From the NCBI GenBank assembly GCA_963664225.1, contig OY760937.1, forward strand, positions 160,001 through 224,000: DNA of 64,000 nucleotides, written 5' to 3'. This DNA comes from Verrucomicrobiia bacterium (GTDB taxonomy: Bacteria; Verrucomicrobiota; Verrucomicrobiia; Limisphaerales; UBA1319). Below, one piece after another: positions 53,094 to 63,201 of the stretch. The translations under genes and the position numbers were made by a program. The notes under the pieces are model-generated. The model had not been told where the DNA came from, did not search any database, and saw nothing but the letters and a program-made list of their open reading frames with translations. Each line of letters opens with the position of its first letter. The stretch's first letter is position 1.

Positions 53094-56003
53094 ATGCAAA
53101 AAACTTCGCCTTCCATCCAGCATCTGTTGTCCTTGCCCGCGCGGATGGCGGAGAATTTCGAGCGGTTGGAGAAACACTCCCGGCCGGACTGGATCGCGGC
53201 GAGCGATCCCCCCGGCGTGAAATTGGGTTCCGGCGGTGGCACGGCCCATCTGCTGTTGCATTCCTGGAAGAATGCGGGCGATGGCCAATCCTTTCACACC
53301 TGGCTGCGCTCCAGTCGCAAACTAATCATTCATGGTGGCGGTCAGGGACGGAAGCTACCTGCCTACGCGCCCGTCGGCCGCATGCTGATGCCCATTCCCG
53401 TCGTGCGCTGGTCTCGCGGACAACGGTTGACCCAGACCCTTCTGGACGTCCAGTTGCCCGATTACGAGCGGGTTCTGGCCCATGCGCCCGAGGGCACGGC
53501 GGCCATGGTCGCCAGCGGCGATGTGATTTTGCGGTTTGCGCGCGAGTTGCCCCGGTTTCCGCAGGTCGATGTATTGGGCTTGGGAATGTGGGTGACCCCT
53601 GAGGTCGCGCGCGATTTTGGAGTCTTCTTTTGCCCACGTCAGAAACCGGCGGAGCTGGCCTTCTTTCTGCAAAAGCCGCAGCCCGGCAAAATTCGGGAAC
53701 TCGCCCTCGAACATCTCTACCTGGTCGATACCGGGATGTGGCTCTTGAGCGAACGCGCGGTGGACGTTCTCTTGCGAAAATGCGGATGCGATCCGTCCCA
53801 TCCGAACGGCGCGCCGCTGAATCCCTACGAGCTTTACCATCAATTCGGGCTGGCTCTGGGCCAATCCCCCACGGTGAACGATCCCGAAATCCGCGCCCTG
53901 ACCACGGCCGTCGTGCCTTTGCCCGGGGCGGAGTTTTATCATTTCGGCGCGACCCGCCAGATGATCGAATCCATTTCCGCCCTGCAAAACCTGGAATTGG
54001 ACGAAACGAAACTGGGAATGATGGGCGCCAAACGCCACCCGGATCAATATTTGCAGAACAGCCGCTTCGAGTATCCGTTGCGTCTCGATGAAAACCACAC
54101 CCTCTGGATTGAGAACAGCGCCGTGCCCGCCTCATGGACGTTGAGTTCGGACCATGTGCTCACCGGGATCCCCGACAATCACTGGGATTTGAAACTCGAA
54201 TCGGGCGCATGCCTCGATTTCGCGCCAGTCGGCCACTCGGCATTTGCCATCCGTTTTTACCATATTGACGATTTTTTCAGTGGCGCCCTCGGAGATACAG
54301 CAACCCGCTGGATGGGCACTTCGCCTCTGCAATGGCTGCAGGCGCGGGGCATCAGCCCGGAGCAAGTGGGCATTGGACTGGACGCCGATATTTTTGAAGC
54401 GCCCCTGTTTCCCGTTGTCGCCGCCGCCGATTTGGATCCCCGGTTCATCGAATGGCTGGTTTGCGGCGCGCCTGTCCCATCGGAGGCCCACCGGCGGCGC
54501 TGGTTAAATCAGGAAAGGCTCAGCGCCAGTCAGATCGTCGAGCGCATCGACCTCGACCGCCTGTATCATCAGCGCGGCCAGCGGCGGGAGCTTTGTCTGC
54601 AGCCGATGTTGCGCAATCACCGGTGGAGCGTTTTCTACAAGCTCGACCTGGAATCCACCGCCCGCCTCTATGCCCAGACGGAAATGCCCTTGCCCCCATC
54701 TGCCGGGGCATCCGAAGCGGGCATGGAACCCATGCAGCGGGTCCGTGAAAAAATGTTTCGCGCCTCGGTCATGCGCCACCGCCAGGAGGAAGGCTGGCCT
54801 CAGTATGAAGAGGAGGCCTTCGCGCATCTGCGAAGCATGATCGTTCGGGACGCCCAATTGGCGCCCGTCACTCCGCGTTGTTGCGTGCTTGAGGATCAGA
54901 TCGTCTGGGGCCGCAGCCCGATCCGGCTGGACCTCGCGGGCGGCTGGTCCGATACACCTCCCTATTGCCTTGAGAATGGTGGGCGTGTCGTGAACCTGGC
55001 GGTGGACCTAAACGGCCAGCCACCGATTCAAGTCTTCGCCAAACTCTGCGACCGCCCGCATCTGGTCATGCGCTCCATTGACCTTGGCGTCGAGCGCACC
55101 GTCACCACTTACGAGGAGCTGGATACCTTTGCCGAACCCGGCAATGCCTTTGCCCTGGCGAAAGCGGCGTTTGCGCTCGCCGGTTTTCTGCCCAAATTCA
55201 ACGCTTCCAATGGCCAGACCACTCTCGAGGCGCAGCTCAAGGCCTTTGGCGGCGGCATCGAGGTCTCCTTGCTTTCAGCCGTGCCCAAAGGTTCCGGTCT
55301 GGGCACCAGCAGCATCCTGGCGGCAACGCTATTGGCCACCTTGAGCGATGTCTGCGGCTTGAATTGGGATCGCAACGTGCTCTTCACACGGACACTGGCC
55401 CTGGAACAGATGCTGACCACCGGTGGCGGCTGGCAGGATCAGGTCGGCGGCATATTCCGCGGCTTCAAGATGATCGAAACCGCGCCCGGCCTGGCGCAGA
55501 AGATGACCCTGCGGTGGCTGCCGGAACATTTATTTGCCAGCGATTACGCCAACCGCTCCATCTTGCTCTACTACACCGGATTGACCCGGCTGGCCAAAAA
55601 CATCCTGCGGGAAATCGTGCGCGGAATTTTCCTTAACTCGCCCGGCCATATCCGCCTGGTCGAGGAGATTGGCGCCAACGCCCTGGTCGCCTTCAACGCG
55701 GCGCAACGGGACGATTATGCGGGCCTGGCCGGCGCGGTGCGCCAAAGCTGGCATTTGAACCAGCGGTTGGATTCCGGCACCAATCCTGAACCCGTACGGG
55801 ATATTTTGGCGCCCATCTCGGACTACCTCGATGCCACGAAATTGCTGGGAGCGGGAGGGGGCGGCTACTTGTTGATGATGGCCAAGGACCAGCAGGCTGC
55901 GGAGAAAATCCGTCAAATTCTCACCGCCAATCCACCCAATCCGCGCGCGCGCTTTGTCAACTTCAGCGTCTCCGAAACCGGCCTTCAATTAACCCGAAGC
56001 TGA
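53094..56003 (+). CDS. fkp: Bifunctional L-fucokinase / fucose-1-phosphate guanylyltransferase
   Basis: DPPGVKLGSGGGT, RLDLAGGWSDTPP, PKGSGLGTSS, GGGWQDQ, GAGGGG. Confidence 0.92.
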   Translation: MQKTSPSIQHLLSLPARMAENFERLEKHSRPDWIAASDPPGVKLGSGGGTAHLLLHSWKNAGDGQSFHTWLRSSRKLIIHGGGQGRKLPAYAPVGRMLMPIPVVRWSRGQRLTQTLLDVQLPDYERVLAHAPEGTAAMVASGDVILRFARELPRFPQVDVLGLGMWVTPEVARDFGVFFCPRQKPAELAFFLQKPQPGKIRELALEHLYLVDTGMWLLSERAVDVLLRKCGCDPSHPNGAPLNPYELYHQFGLALGQSPTVNDPEIRALTTAVVPLPGAEFYHFGATRQMIESISALQNLELDETKLGMMGAKRHPDQYLQNSRFEYPLRLDENHTLWIENSAVPASWTLSSDHVLTGIPDNHWDLKLESGACLDFAPVGHSAFAIRFYHIDDFFSGALGDTATRWMGTSPLQWLQARGISPEQVGIGLDADIFEAPLFPVVAAADLDPRFIEWLVCGAPVPSEAHRRRWLNQERLSASQIVERIDLDRLYHQRGQRRELCLQPMLRNHRWSVFYKLDLESTARLYAQTEMPLPPSAGASEAGMEPMQRVREKMFRASVMRHRQEEGWPQYEEEAFAHLRSMIVRDAQLAPVTPRCCVLEDQIVWGRSPIRLDLAGGWSDTPPYCLENGGRVVNLAVDLNGQPPIQVFAKLCDRPHLVMRSIDLGVERTVTTYEELDTFAEPGNAFALAKAAFALAGFLPKFNASNGQTTLEAQLKAFGGGIEVSLLSAVPKGSGLGTSSILAATLLATLSDVCGLNWDRNVLFTRTLALEQMLTTGGGWQDQVGGIFRGFKMIETAPGLAQKMTLRWLPEHLFASDYANRSILLYYTGLTRLAKNILREIVRGIFLNSPGHIRLVEEIGANALVAFNAAQRDDYAGLAGAVRQSWHLNQRLDSGTNPEPVRDILAPISDYLDATKLLGAGGGGYLLMMAKDQQAAEKIRQILTANPPNPRARFVNFSVSETGLQLTRS

Positions 56004-56276
56004 GTCCCACCCTCGCCCGCGCGTCCATACCACAACTCGTAGCGCAGGTTTCCAACCGTGTCGCGGATTTCCAATCCGCAGGCGCTGGACTCGCCATATC
56101 TTTACATTTTTGCAGGCGGGGGTAACTCTCAAGTATCAGAAGCTCCATAGGACCGCCATGTTTATAGAAAACCAATAACAACGAAACTCAAGCTCCAGTG
56201 GGGGCGGCATATGCATCCACATTGCAAACCACAAAATTCACACCGCGACCCCGGCCCTTTTCATTTTTATATATTC

Positions 56277-56552
56277 TCAGATCTTCCACGGACCCATAAG
56301 GCCAGCCATATACCCGAGCATCATTATCAGGAAAACAGTCCAAAACCGTAAAGGTTCTTTTGATTTACAAATACACCCTTCCTGTTTCGTAATGATTCGC
56401 CCAGAGAAAATCGCATACCATAACATTATTGCAAAGACGGCGTTTATTAGCCCCCCCAGAAGAATGGGAAGGATTGATCGATTGCAACTATATGCAATTC
56501 CCATATTGCCAAGATCCGCCATTGAGACAGCGATGATGAATAATATTTTCAT
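56277..56552 (-). CDS. Small low-GC membrane protein
   Basis: Hydrophobic 91-aa ORF, AT-rich. Confidence 0.45.
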   Translation of the reverse strand: MKILFIIAVSMADLGNMGIAYSCNRSILPILLGGLINAVFAIMLWYAIFSGRIITKQEGCICKSKEPLRFWTVFLIMMLGYMAGLMGPWKI

Positions 56553-56666
56553 CAGTTCAAAAGTGGCGTTTTCCAGTTAAATCTTCTTTTCCCGCTCCCC
56601 CCAGCGGTGACACCCTCAGCCCTCAGCTCTCCGCCCTTTGCTCCCCGCTCCCCGCCCTTTTAAAAT

Positions 56667-58082
56667 TCACCCCAGCAGCCGTTTGATCACATCCGCAGCC
56701 GTGTAAGTCTCCTGACCGTCCGGGACGTACTCGGCGATCCGCGTGGCATTGTTCCCCGCAGTCAGAATGGCCAGCTCATGGTCCGACTCCGAGCGGGTTT
56801 GCCCCAGGTTCACCGCAGCCGAAAGACTGTTGCAAATGCACTTGCGTCCATGGGTGTCTTCGATCTTGCCCCCTTTGGCGATATAATCGTCAATCGGCTC
56901 GGCAGCGCATCGATAGCCCAGACCGCCATCGGGTTTGACATAAGGCTTGCGCAGATACCCCAAATCGCAAATACGGGTGCGTGCGGCATAGAGCTCGTCC
57001 TGCGACAGCGTGCCCGGCATCATCACCACCTTGAACGGAAAACCAGTGGGCGAAGCCAGCGGATCCGTGTAAACACGTGACATTCCCTCGCGGCTCAGTT
57101 GAATCGCCTTCTGTTTAAAATCCGGACGAATCCCCGACTCCTCGCAAAACGCAAACGCCGTCCCGACCTGCACGCCCGCAGCGCCGCATTCGAGCGCCTC
57201 GGCCAGTTTGCCGGGTTGCCCATAGGAACCCGCCAGCCAGAAGGGCAGGCCCAGCTCCCGAATCTTCTCCAGATCCACCACATCGCGGGGACCGTAGAGC
57301 GGTTCCCCCAGCTCATTGAGTTGCAGCGGGCCGCGCGGTGGGGCGTTGTGGCCGCCTGCCGTTTCACCCTCCACAATAAATCCATCCACCTTGCCGTTGG
57401 ACTTCTTCGCCAGCGTCATCGCCAGTGTCGCGGACGCAACAATACCCAGAAAATACGGACGCTTGAGCGTTGGAAAAGCATCCGGGAAATAGGTCTTGGG
57501 ATCGAAAGTCGAATTGACCTCCTGACCCGGTGCGGCTCCATCCACATCCAGCCTCAAAGTCGCGGTTTTACCGGCCACCAGCGCATCGATGGCCCCCGGT
57601 ATATGCCGGGGAATGCCTGCGCCCATCAGCACATAATCCACACCCGCCAGAATCGCCCCAAAAAGCGAGGGCAGGGTGGGTAATTGAATCTTCTCCAGAA
57701 AATTAATCCCAACCAAACCATCGTGACCTTCCTTGGCCAGATACACCTCCGCGAAATTGGAAACAACGGTTAGATCGTTAAACGCCGATGACGCTTCAAT
57801 CGTGGGCATCGTCGTGAGCTTGAAGGGCTTATCCGCACCCTTTCCGCCCGCAACGTAGTACTTCGAGGCCACACGTTCCGCCACGGCGGGAACCGGAAAA
57901 TGCTCCAGCGCACGACGCATCTCGCCACCGGGATCGCCCTGTTGAAGCCTTCGGGCGAGGATGACACTCAGAGCCGTGCCGGATACAACACCCAGTTGGC
58001 CGAGTTTGGAAACGGTACGTGCCAGCAGCCAGCCGGATACGGCCACTCCCATTCCGCCCTGTATTATCTTAGGATGCGTCAT
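56667..58082 (-). CDS. Nitronate monooxygenase family protein
   Basis: IIQGGMG, EGETAGGHN, GVQVGTAF. Confidence 0.88.
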   Translation of the reverse strand: MTHPKIIQGGMGVAVSGWLLARTVSKLGQLGVVSGTALSVILARRLQQGDPGGEMRRALEHFPVPAVAERVASKYYVAGGKGADKPFKLTTMPTIEASSAFNDLTVVSNFAEVYLAKEGHDGLVGINFLEKIQLPTLPSLFGAILAGVDYVLMGAGIPRHIPGAIDALVAGKTATLRLDVDGAAPGQEVNSTFDPKTYFPDAFPTLKRPYFLGIVASATLAMTLAKKSNGKVDGFIVEGETAGGHNAPPRGPLQLNELGEPLYGPRDVVDLEKIRELGLPFWLAGSYGQPGKLAEALECGAAGVQVGTAFAFCEESGIRPDFKQKAIQLSREGMSRVYTDPLASPTGFPFKVVMMPGTLSQDELYAARTRICDLGYLRKPYVKPDGGLGYRCAAEPIDDYIAKGGKIEDTHGRKCICNSLSAAVNLGQTRSESDHELAILTAGNNATRIAEYVPDGQETYTAADVIKRLLG

Positions 58083-58446
58083 TATAATCGTCTAAACGCC
58101 TCTCTCTCAAGGAGGGAAGCCTGCGGCAGTTCCACCGAAGCCTGCCAAAAAGGTGCCATCGCACCCGACGGAAGCTCGTAAAAAACCAACGCTCTGCCCT
58201 CCAATATAAGCGGTGATGAGTGTAAAGGGAAGCGCGATTACCCTTAAAAGCTCATTCAAGTCGAAAAAAAATGCTCCGAATGAAGAACATTCGAATAAAT
58301 AACCCTGTTTGCCCGGTTAGAACCCATTTTCCCGCCCATTTTGAGTCCCAAATCGTAAGCCGCCTGGAATACTGCATCAGCGCTCGGGTGCATGACAGAA
58401 TTCCTCTCCATCGCCAGATCGTGAGTGTGTCCGGGGCTTTTTCATT

Positions 58447-59236
58447 GTAGGCCGGGTGCCCCCCACCCGGATTCGGGGGAACATCATCATTGTAGGCCGG
58501 GTCCCTTAACCCGGCGTCCGGCTGCCTAAGAAAATGCCCGGTAGGGCGAGGCTCCTGCCAAGCCATCCTGCCTGCTTGCGCCCCGTCACCACAACTCGTA
58601 GCGCAGACATCTTGTCTGCCGTATTGCGGATTTCCAATCCGCCAGCCTTCTCAAAAATCCAGGGCACCAAACAAACTTCTCCGATTCGCGACCGCCATTC
58701 CCTTTCCGTGGGCGTGCAGTCCTCTGCGCGCCGCCGACAATCCCGCGCGCCGTCACCGCGGATTTCCAATCCGCCAGCCTTCTCAAAAATCCAGGGCACC
58801 AAACAAACTTCTCCGGTTCGCGACCGCCATTCCCTTTCCGTGGTAGGGCGTGCAGTCCTCTGCGCGCCGCCGACAATCCCGCGCGCCGTCACCGCGGATT
58901 TCCAATCCGCCAGCCTTCTCAAATATCCACGGCACCAAACAAACTTCTCCGGTTCGCGACCGCCATTCCCTTTCCGTGGTAGGGCGTGCAGTCCTCTGCG
59001 CGCCGCCGACAATCCCGCGCGCCGTCACCGCAGCTTGCCAATCTGCGAAACGTTTCAAACTCACAGTCCCGGCAGGAATCGCAAAACCTTTTCCATGTAG
59101 CGCAGACATCTTGTCTGCCGTATCGCGGATTTCCAATCCGCCAGCCTTCTCAAAAATCCAGGGCACCAAGCAAACTTCTCCGATTCGCGACCGGCATTCC
59201 CTTTCCGCGGCAGGGCGTGCAGTCCTCTGCGCGCCG
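58447..59236 (+). repeat. Composite GTAG-REP array (BIME-like), four 132-136-bp-type units plus other REP types
   Basis: gcggatttccaatccgc at 58626, 58758, 58894, 59125; GTAG hairpins at 58447, 58492, 58541, 58598, 58843, 58979, 59097. Confidence 0.88.
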
Positions 59237-59647
59237 TCCGTCCATTCCACGCGGCGGCACCTCTCAAACCACCCTTCACCCCGCGACTTTCGAAACTTCA
59301 AATTCTTCCATTGTCCATTCTGTCCTCAACCAGCCCCACGCGGTGGCATCCTAAAAACCGTTCAATAAATCAAGGCGCGCAATACTCCTCCCTCTCCGCT
59401 CTGGGGAGAGGGTACGGGGTGAGGTGTTCATTTCCTGACCTCTGATTTCTGAACTCTGATCTCTGTTTTTACCAGGGATCGTCCGACGAACATCCTATCA
59501 CGGCTTTTTTGACGTTCTGATGATCTGGCTGAATCGCGATTGCTCCGCGCTGCACTCCTGCGCTTAATCCTGCACCGTTCCGCCATTTTCCTCCTCCAAT
59601 CCCGCTTGACACAATTCTTTACCATTCACCATGCCGTTTGGGAGTCT
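59212..59647 (+). repeat. ~435-bp direct repeat, copy A
   Basis: Closely similar to 61526-61966. Confidence 0.9.
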
Positions 59648-59754
59648 TTCTTAATGCCCTGAAGGGGCAAAATATATCAGCGCTAACCGCACGTTTGTTG
59701 TGTAGCCACTGACTCGTGTCGAACCTTGGAGAGCCCTGGGCTGGGGGTGATGTT

Positions 59755-60381
59755 TTACTGCAAGGGCCAGAGTCTTTCTCTGATTAGTCGGCGTTCGATC
59801 ACGCTGCTGGACACCTCAAATATCCGCGAAATGGGGTTTGCGAGATATTGCAGGAGAGCGTCGTCCTGGAGTTGGTCTTTCGATGTTCCGTTCTGGCCGG
59901 CCAGACTCAGGGCTTTCTCAAATTCAAGCCGAAGCTCCTCTCCTGGAACCAGGAATCGCCCGGCAAATTCAGACGCATGGTACTCGAAAAAACTGTACTC
60001 CTTATCAGACCTATCAAGCATGAATTCAATCCACTCCTGCACTGAGTTCCGGGGGATCATCTGACAGACCGACCGATGCAGGACATAGTGACCAATCTCG
60101 TGCGCCATACTGAACCGCAATCTATTGGCGTAACGCTCATCCATGTATTGAGCCTGATCCACCGCAATGGTTTTCCAATCCGCCAAAAGCAGCGCATCAA
60201 TGTCGCTGTCTTCTCTCAGCCTGGAAATCGGCCTGATATCGAGTTCCAGTTCGAATTCGATTATTTGCAGAACGTCTATTGGAATTTACCTGGAGGGCCA
60301 GACACGATTGCGAAGCTCATCTGCCTGGCGCCAGGTCTCTAGCTGCTCGATAAATGGCGCCTTGAATTTTGCCGGTTCCAT
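59755..60381 (-). pseudogene. ImmA/IrrE-family metallopeptidase with in-frame TAA at codon 32
   Basis: ATG 60381 in frame with ORF 59755-60186; TAA at 60286-60288; RFSMAHEIGH, EYHASEFAGRFLVP. Confidence 0.8.
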
Positions 60382-60390
60382 TTTCGTTTT

Positions 60391-60768
60391 TCAGCCTTCC
60401 TTGATTTTGCGGACGATTTTCTGAAATTCCTCCTCTGTCGGCTTCTGACCGCGAAGGGTTCGGAAAAATGCCGGCAATTGCCTCACCAAAGCCTCATCCT
60501 CCATCAGGTCTTGTGGAATCATCCCATGGTCCGCAGCTGCAAGATCGAAAAAGTAATACCATTTGTCACTGGCCTCTTTCAATCCGAGTGCGCGGGCGTA
60601 TCTCGACAGAATGTCCCTGTCTTTAGGAGGGATCATCCCGCCCCGCTCCATCCGGCTGATGTTTCCAGGGTCCGCTCCGGCTTTCTCGCAAAAATCCCGA
60701 AGAGTGATTCTTTTCTCTTTTCTAAGCGCCTTGAAATAAGCAGCAAAGGTTGATTTTGTCGTATCCAT
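60391..60768 (-). CDS. XRE-family HTH regulator
   Basis: LRKEKRITLRDFC..DPGNISRMERG. Confidence 0.88.
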   Translation of the reverse strand: MDTTKSTFAAYFKALRKEKRITLRDFCEKAGADPGNISRMERGGMIPPKDRDILSRYARALGLKEASDKWYYFFDLAAADHGMIPQDLMEDEALVRQLPAFFRTLRGQKPTEEEFQKIVRKIKEG

Positions 60769-60778
60769 ACACTGCGCT

Positions 60779-60808
60779 TGTTGTAAATGTTGTAAAAACA
60801 CTACAACA
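60779..60808. promoter_or_regulatory. Putative XRE operator
   Basis: TGTTGTA-7-TACAACA inverted repeat plus extra TGTTGTA just upstream of the XRE start. Confidence 0.55.
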
Positions 60809-60954
60809 ATATGCCACCGTCTTTCAATTGGGATTGCTTTGTCCGAGCCTAAAACACTTTCGCCTGCGTCCGATGGCAAGGAAGGGGGCCATCCACATCC
60901 ACCTTCAACACGTCTTCGGGCCGATTCGGATCGTGCTGCACTGCCGGATGTGAA

Positions 60955-61271
60955 TTTGATTCAACGCCTACAGCGTTGGGAAAATTATGGCGGTGGACGA
61001 TGACCCCGGGCGGCTCTTGCCTCGTGACCCGGGGCTGAGTGATTGCAATCCCTACAGGATTGCGCGGATGGGACGATTGCGGAATCGTGGCGCGACCCGT
61101 TCCAGTCTGGCAGATGTGGTGGCGTTTAAACTCCAATCAACCACTGCGGCACGGGATTTGCATCTCATTATCCCGAAGGGATTAAATCATTCAGGCCCGG
61201 GTTGCCCGCCGAGGGCTACCCGGGATCGCCGTCCCCATCGGAAACCCCAACGCTGTAGGCGTTGAATCAAA
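60955..61271. mobile_element. Non-coding MITE/REPIN-like element
   Basis: Perfect 26-bp IR tttgattcaacgcctacagcgttggg / cccaacgctgtaggcgttgaatcaaa; internal hairpins mirrored. Confidence 0.7.
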
Positions 61272-61525
61272 CTCACTCCCGCACCTCTCCAAATCGGTTC
61301 GCGACCACCGCGACCTTCGTGGTAGGGCGTGCAGTCCTCTGCGCGCCGTCACGCAGATCGTAGCGCAGCTTGCCTAAGCTGCCGTATCGCGGATTTCCAA
61401 ACTGCAGCCGCTGGATTGCACGTGCGCAGGCCAATCTTCACAGAAATGGCACAACCACGAAAATCAATCCCCATCTTGAAACCCGCTCCGGCTCATCTCT
61501 TCGCGACCACCGCGACCTTCGTGGT

Positions 61526-61966
61526 AGGGCGTGCAGTCCTCTGCGCGCCGCCGACAACCCCACGCGGCGGCACCTCTCAAACCATCCTTCACCCGGCGAC
61601 TTTCGAAACTTCAATTTCTTCCATTGTCCATTATCCATTCTGTCCTCAACCAGTCCCACGCGGCGGCATCCTTCAAACCGTTCAATAAATCAAGGCGCGC
61701 AATATTCCTCCCTCTCCGCTCTGGGGAGAGGGTACGGGGTGAGGTGTTCATTCCTGACCTCTGATTTCTGAACTCTGATCTCTGTTTTTACCAGGGATCG
61801 TCCAACGAACATCCTATCACGGCTTTTTTGACGTTCTGATGATCTGGCTGAATCGCGTTTGCACGGCACTGCGCGCCTGCGCTTAATCCTGCACCGTTCC
61901 GCCTTTTTCCACCTCCAATCCCGCTTGACACAATCCTATCCCATTCGCCTTGCCGTTTGAGAGTCT
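61526..61966 (+). repeat. ~435-bp direct repeat, copy B
   Basis: Closely similar to 59212-59647. Confidence 0.9.
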
Positions 61967-62096
61967 GATGTTGACCAACAATGGAAAAGGGTTTAAATCC
62001 CGTACATGCGACGAATTAAGAATGAATTCTGCCCGGTCCAATATACGAATCGCTCGTCGCATAATCAAAGTTGGCAGGAACAAGCCTATTGAGCAT

Positions 62097-62687
62097 ATGC
62101 CTGGTTGTTCGTCCTGCATTTTATACGCGAGAGGTCGGGAGTTCGACGTCGACCGGTTCCTGGAGCGGAGTTCTCTGCAACCTGATCAGGTGTCACGACG
62201 GGATGACCCGGGGCTTCTTGGAAAGCGCCGACTGTTCTCCGGCCTTTCCTTTTTTCTTGGAAACGCCGACCGGAGAGTGTCGTGGCACGTGGCGCGGGCT
62301 CTGAAATTCATGCGCGAAAAGAGTCCTGAGCTTCGGAGGCTGCGGAGGGCTTCAGGGGTGGCTCAACTGAGGCTTGAGTTCTGCAGCTATAGGCGCACAG
62401 AGGGCATTCAGAGCGATCTTCTGCCTTCTGAACTGCTGACCACCGCCGGATCGTTGGGTATTGATATCGAGTGGTCAGTCTATCCAACTAAAACAGAATA
62501 TGAGAAAATCCTTGGAGAGAAGATTCCACGCCGCGCTCCGGCTTGGGCAAGAAGGTTCCTGAAACAGAGCGGGAAAGGCACTAAAACATCGGCCAACCAT
62601 GCGGCCCAGCGAACGGGAGCCAGCGGATTCGCTCAGAGACAAATACGATGTCACCCGCGGCGCCGGGTCGCTGATTTGTGTCGTTAG
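62097..62687 (+). CDS. Gene-cassette hypothetical protein (DUF4279-like)
   Basis: LPSELL..AGSLGIDIEWSVY pattern; reads through attC. Confidence 0.55.
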   Translation: MPGCSSCILYARGREFDVDRFLERSSLQPDQVSRRDDPGLLGKRRLFSGLSFFLGNADRRVSWHVARALKFMREKSPELRRLRRASGVAQLRLEFCSYRRTEGIQSDLLPSELLTTAGSLGIDIEWSVYPTKTEYEKILGEKIPRRAPAWARRFLKQSGKGTKTSANHAAQRTGASGFAQRQIRCHPRRRVADLCR

Positions 62688-62689
62688 GC
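62591..62689 (+). other. Integron attC site
   Basis: GGCCAAC ... GTTAGGC with inner cagcgaac/gtcgctg pairing. Confidence 0.72.
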
Positions 62690-62702
62690 CGTTTCACACG
62701 CC

Positions 62703-63170
62703 ATGCACACATTCGGCAAGTCTCAGTTCACCGGCTTTCTGCAGGAGGCATGCCGAAATGCGCGTGCCGTCCCCGGCGCAGAGATTTGCGGAATGATTGT
62801 CGATACTGGATTCCACCTTTCGCTGGTGCAGGTTCGCAATGTCTCTCGGCGAGTTGGGAGCTTCATTCTTTCTCGACCTGACGTTCGCCGCATTGTCGCC
62901 GCCACGCGGATTCTGGAGCAGGAGGTTGTCGGCACATTTCATTCACACCCTGCCGCCCCCGCCGTGCCCGGTAAGTCGGACATCACGAATGCCGTCGATG
63001 ACTCGCTCATGCTCATATTCGAATGCACGGCGCGTTGTGGACGCCTTTGGAGGATCAGGGGCGGTAGAGCGCGTGAGTTGGATTTCACAACGCGGCCTAA
63101 CATGCGCTTCAGCGAACCCGGCGGGAGCGTCGTGGTTGCCGCCGTTGCGTCCCGTGCGCCGGGTCCCTGA
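62703..63170 (+). CDS. JAB/MPN (M67) metallopeptidase gene cassette
   Basis: EICG, VVGTFHSHP..PGKSD. Confidence 0.82.
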   Translation: MHTFGKSQFTGFLQEACRNARAVPGAEICGMIVDTGFHLSLVQVRNVSRRVGSFILSRPDVRRIVAATRILEQEVVGTFHSHPAAPAVPGKSDITNAVDDSLMLIFECTARCGRLWRIRGGRARELDFTTRPNMRFSEPGGSVVVAAVASRAPGP

Positions 63171-63184
63171 ACTTTGCGTTAGGC
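63095..63184 (+). other. Integron attC site
   Basis: GCCTAAC ... GTTAGGC perfect R''/R'; ttcag..acccggcg / cgccgggt..ctgaa stem. Confidence 0.82.
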
Positions 63185-63201
63185 GGCTTGTGCCATGATA
63201 C

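Noticed and set aside
58598..59236. Possible CRISPR array or repeat-protein ORFs
   Set aside because: Inter-hairpin sequences are near-identical; ORFs are translations of REP repeats in several frames
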